From Atlantibacter sp. (GTDB lineage Bacteria > Pseudomonadota > Gammaproteobacteria > Enterobacterales > Enterobacteriaceae): a DNA stretch of 32,000 nt. This document shows positions 30,918 through 32,000 of this stretch, in pieces (the first letter of the stretch is position 1; every line of letters begins with the position of its first letter). The stretch is from NCBI RefSeq assembly GCF_032075065.1, contig NZ_DAMAZC010000017.1, positions 5,580 through 37,579 of the forward strand, given 5' to 3'. The notes beneath the pieces were generated by a model, which saw nothing but the letters and a program-made list of their open reading frames with translations, was not told where the DNA came from and did no database searches. Both the position numbers and the translations under genes were made by a program.

Positions 30918-32000
30918 TTGTACCTCTATATTGAGACCCTAAAACAGAGACTGGATGCCATCAATCAATTGCGCGTGGATCGCGCTCTTGCTGCCATGGG
31001 GCCTGCGTTCCAACAGGTCTACAGTCTGCTGCCGACATTGCTTCACTATCACCACCCGCTGATGCCGGGTTACCTTGATGGTAACGTTCCCCGTGGCATC
31101 TGCCTTTACACGCCTGATGAAACCCAACGCCATTACCTGAACGAGCTTGAGCTGAAGCGCGGCCTGATCCCGCGTGAAACGCCTCAGGGCGAATTGCCGA
31201 TCACTGGTCTTTACACCATGGGCAGCACTTCGTCCGTCGGGCAGAGCTGTTCATCCGATCTCGATATCTGGGTTTGCCACCAGTCCTGGCTCGATAACGA
31301 TGAGCGTCAGTTGCTGCAACGTAAATGCAGCCTGCTGGAAAGCTGGGCCGCGTCGCTGGGCGTCGAGGTCAGTTTCTTCCTGATTGACGAAAACCGTTTC
31401 CGCCATAACGAAAGCGGCAGCCTGGGCGGCGAAGACTGCGGCTCGACTCAGCACATTCTGTTACTGGATGAGTTCTATCGCACCGCTGTCCGTCTGGCCG
31501 GGAAACGCATCCTGTGGAACATGGTGCCGTGCGAAGAAGAAGAGCATTACGACGATTACGTGATGACGCTCTACGCCCAGGGCGTACTGACGCCTAACGA
31601 ATGGCTCGACCTCGGCGGCCTGAGTTCGCTGTCGGCGGAAGAGTATTTCGGCGCCAGCCTGTGGCAACTGTATAAAAGCATCGACTCCCCGTACAAAGCC
31701 GTGTTGAAAACCCTGCTGCTGGAAGCGTACTCCTGGGAATACCCCAATCCGCGCCTGCTGGCGAAGGACATCAAACAGCGTCTGCACGACGGTGAAATCG
31801 TCTCGTTTGGTCTCGACTCCTACTGCATGATGCTGGAGCGCGTGACGGAATATCTGGAGCAGATTGAAGACACTGCTCGTCTGGACCTGGTGCGCCGCTG
31901 CTTCTATCTCAAAGTGTGCGAAAAACTCTCGCGCGAACGCGCCTGCGTGGGCTGGCGTCGTGAAGTTATCAGCCAGATGGTGAAAAGCTGGGGCTGGGAC
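30918..32000 (+). CDS. cyaA: Adenylate cyclase class I, 5' portion (continues beyond the window)
   Basis: This is absent from the ORF track because it has a TTG start and no stop in the window. Translation from the TTG at 30918 gives [58 protein letters not shown]..., which matches E. coli CyaA, itself TTG-initiated. It is open through 32000 (361 codons). Confidence 0.95.
   Translation, partial: MYLYIETLKQRLDAINQLRVDRALAAMGPAFQQVYSLLPTLLHYHHPLMPGYLDGNVPRGICLYTPDETQRHYLNELELKRGLIPRETPQGELPITGLYTMGSTSSVGQSCSSDLDIWVCHQSWLDNDERQLLQRKCSLLESWAASLGVEVSFFLIDENRFRHNESGSLGGEDCGSTQHILLLDEFYRTAVRLAGKRILWNMVPCEEEEHYDDYVMTLYAQGVLTPNEWLDLGGLSSLSAEEYFGASLWQLYKSIDSPYKAVLKTLLLEAYSWEYPNPRLLAKDIKQRLHDGEIVSFGLDSYCMMLERVTEYLEQIEDTARLDLVRRCFYLKVCEKLSRERACVGWRREVISQMVKSWGWD

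Overview
This window looks like core chromosome of an Enterobacteriaceae species. I cannot name the genus from sequence alone. It is collinear with the E. coli K-12 ilv-rho-wec-hem-cya region near oriC. The gene order is ilvD-ilvA, ilvY (-), ilvC, ppiC (-) plus a tandem ppiC paralog (-), rep, gppA (-), rhlB (-), trxA, rho, the enterobacterial common antigen (ECA, wec/rff) cluster, yifK, the argX-hisR-leuT-proM tRNA operon, the sRNA GlmZ, hemYXDC (-), and the 5' part of cyaA, which has a TTG start. All gene identifications rest on my recollection of the E. coli K-12 protein and RNA sequences, because no database search was possible. I found no mobile elements, CRISPR arrays, integrases, toxin-antitoxin pairs or defence-island-like cargo, and I see no support for a genuinely novel multi-gene system. 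The most unusual feature is in the ECA cluster, which carries two clean, non-polar lesions. First, wecB is reduced to a 73-codon in-frame remnant, with about 14 N-terminal codons fused to about 58 C-terminal codons at a shared RPEA motif. Second, rffG and rffH are entirely missing between wecC and wecD, and only a 7-codon mini-ORF remains at that position. The other nine ECA genes are intact. Secondary points are the two tandem parvulin (PpiC-like) genes, a GlmZ locus with a sigma-54 promoter and two perfect TGTC-N10-GACA (GlrR-type) boxes lying directly next to tRNA-Pro with no aslBA, the ACA-rich GcvB-target-like element in front of yifK, and a non-conserved rhoL frame. Several ORF-track entries are over-extended at the N-terminus. 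I re-set those starts (GTG, ATG or TTG) by homology.
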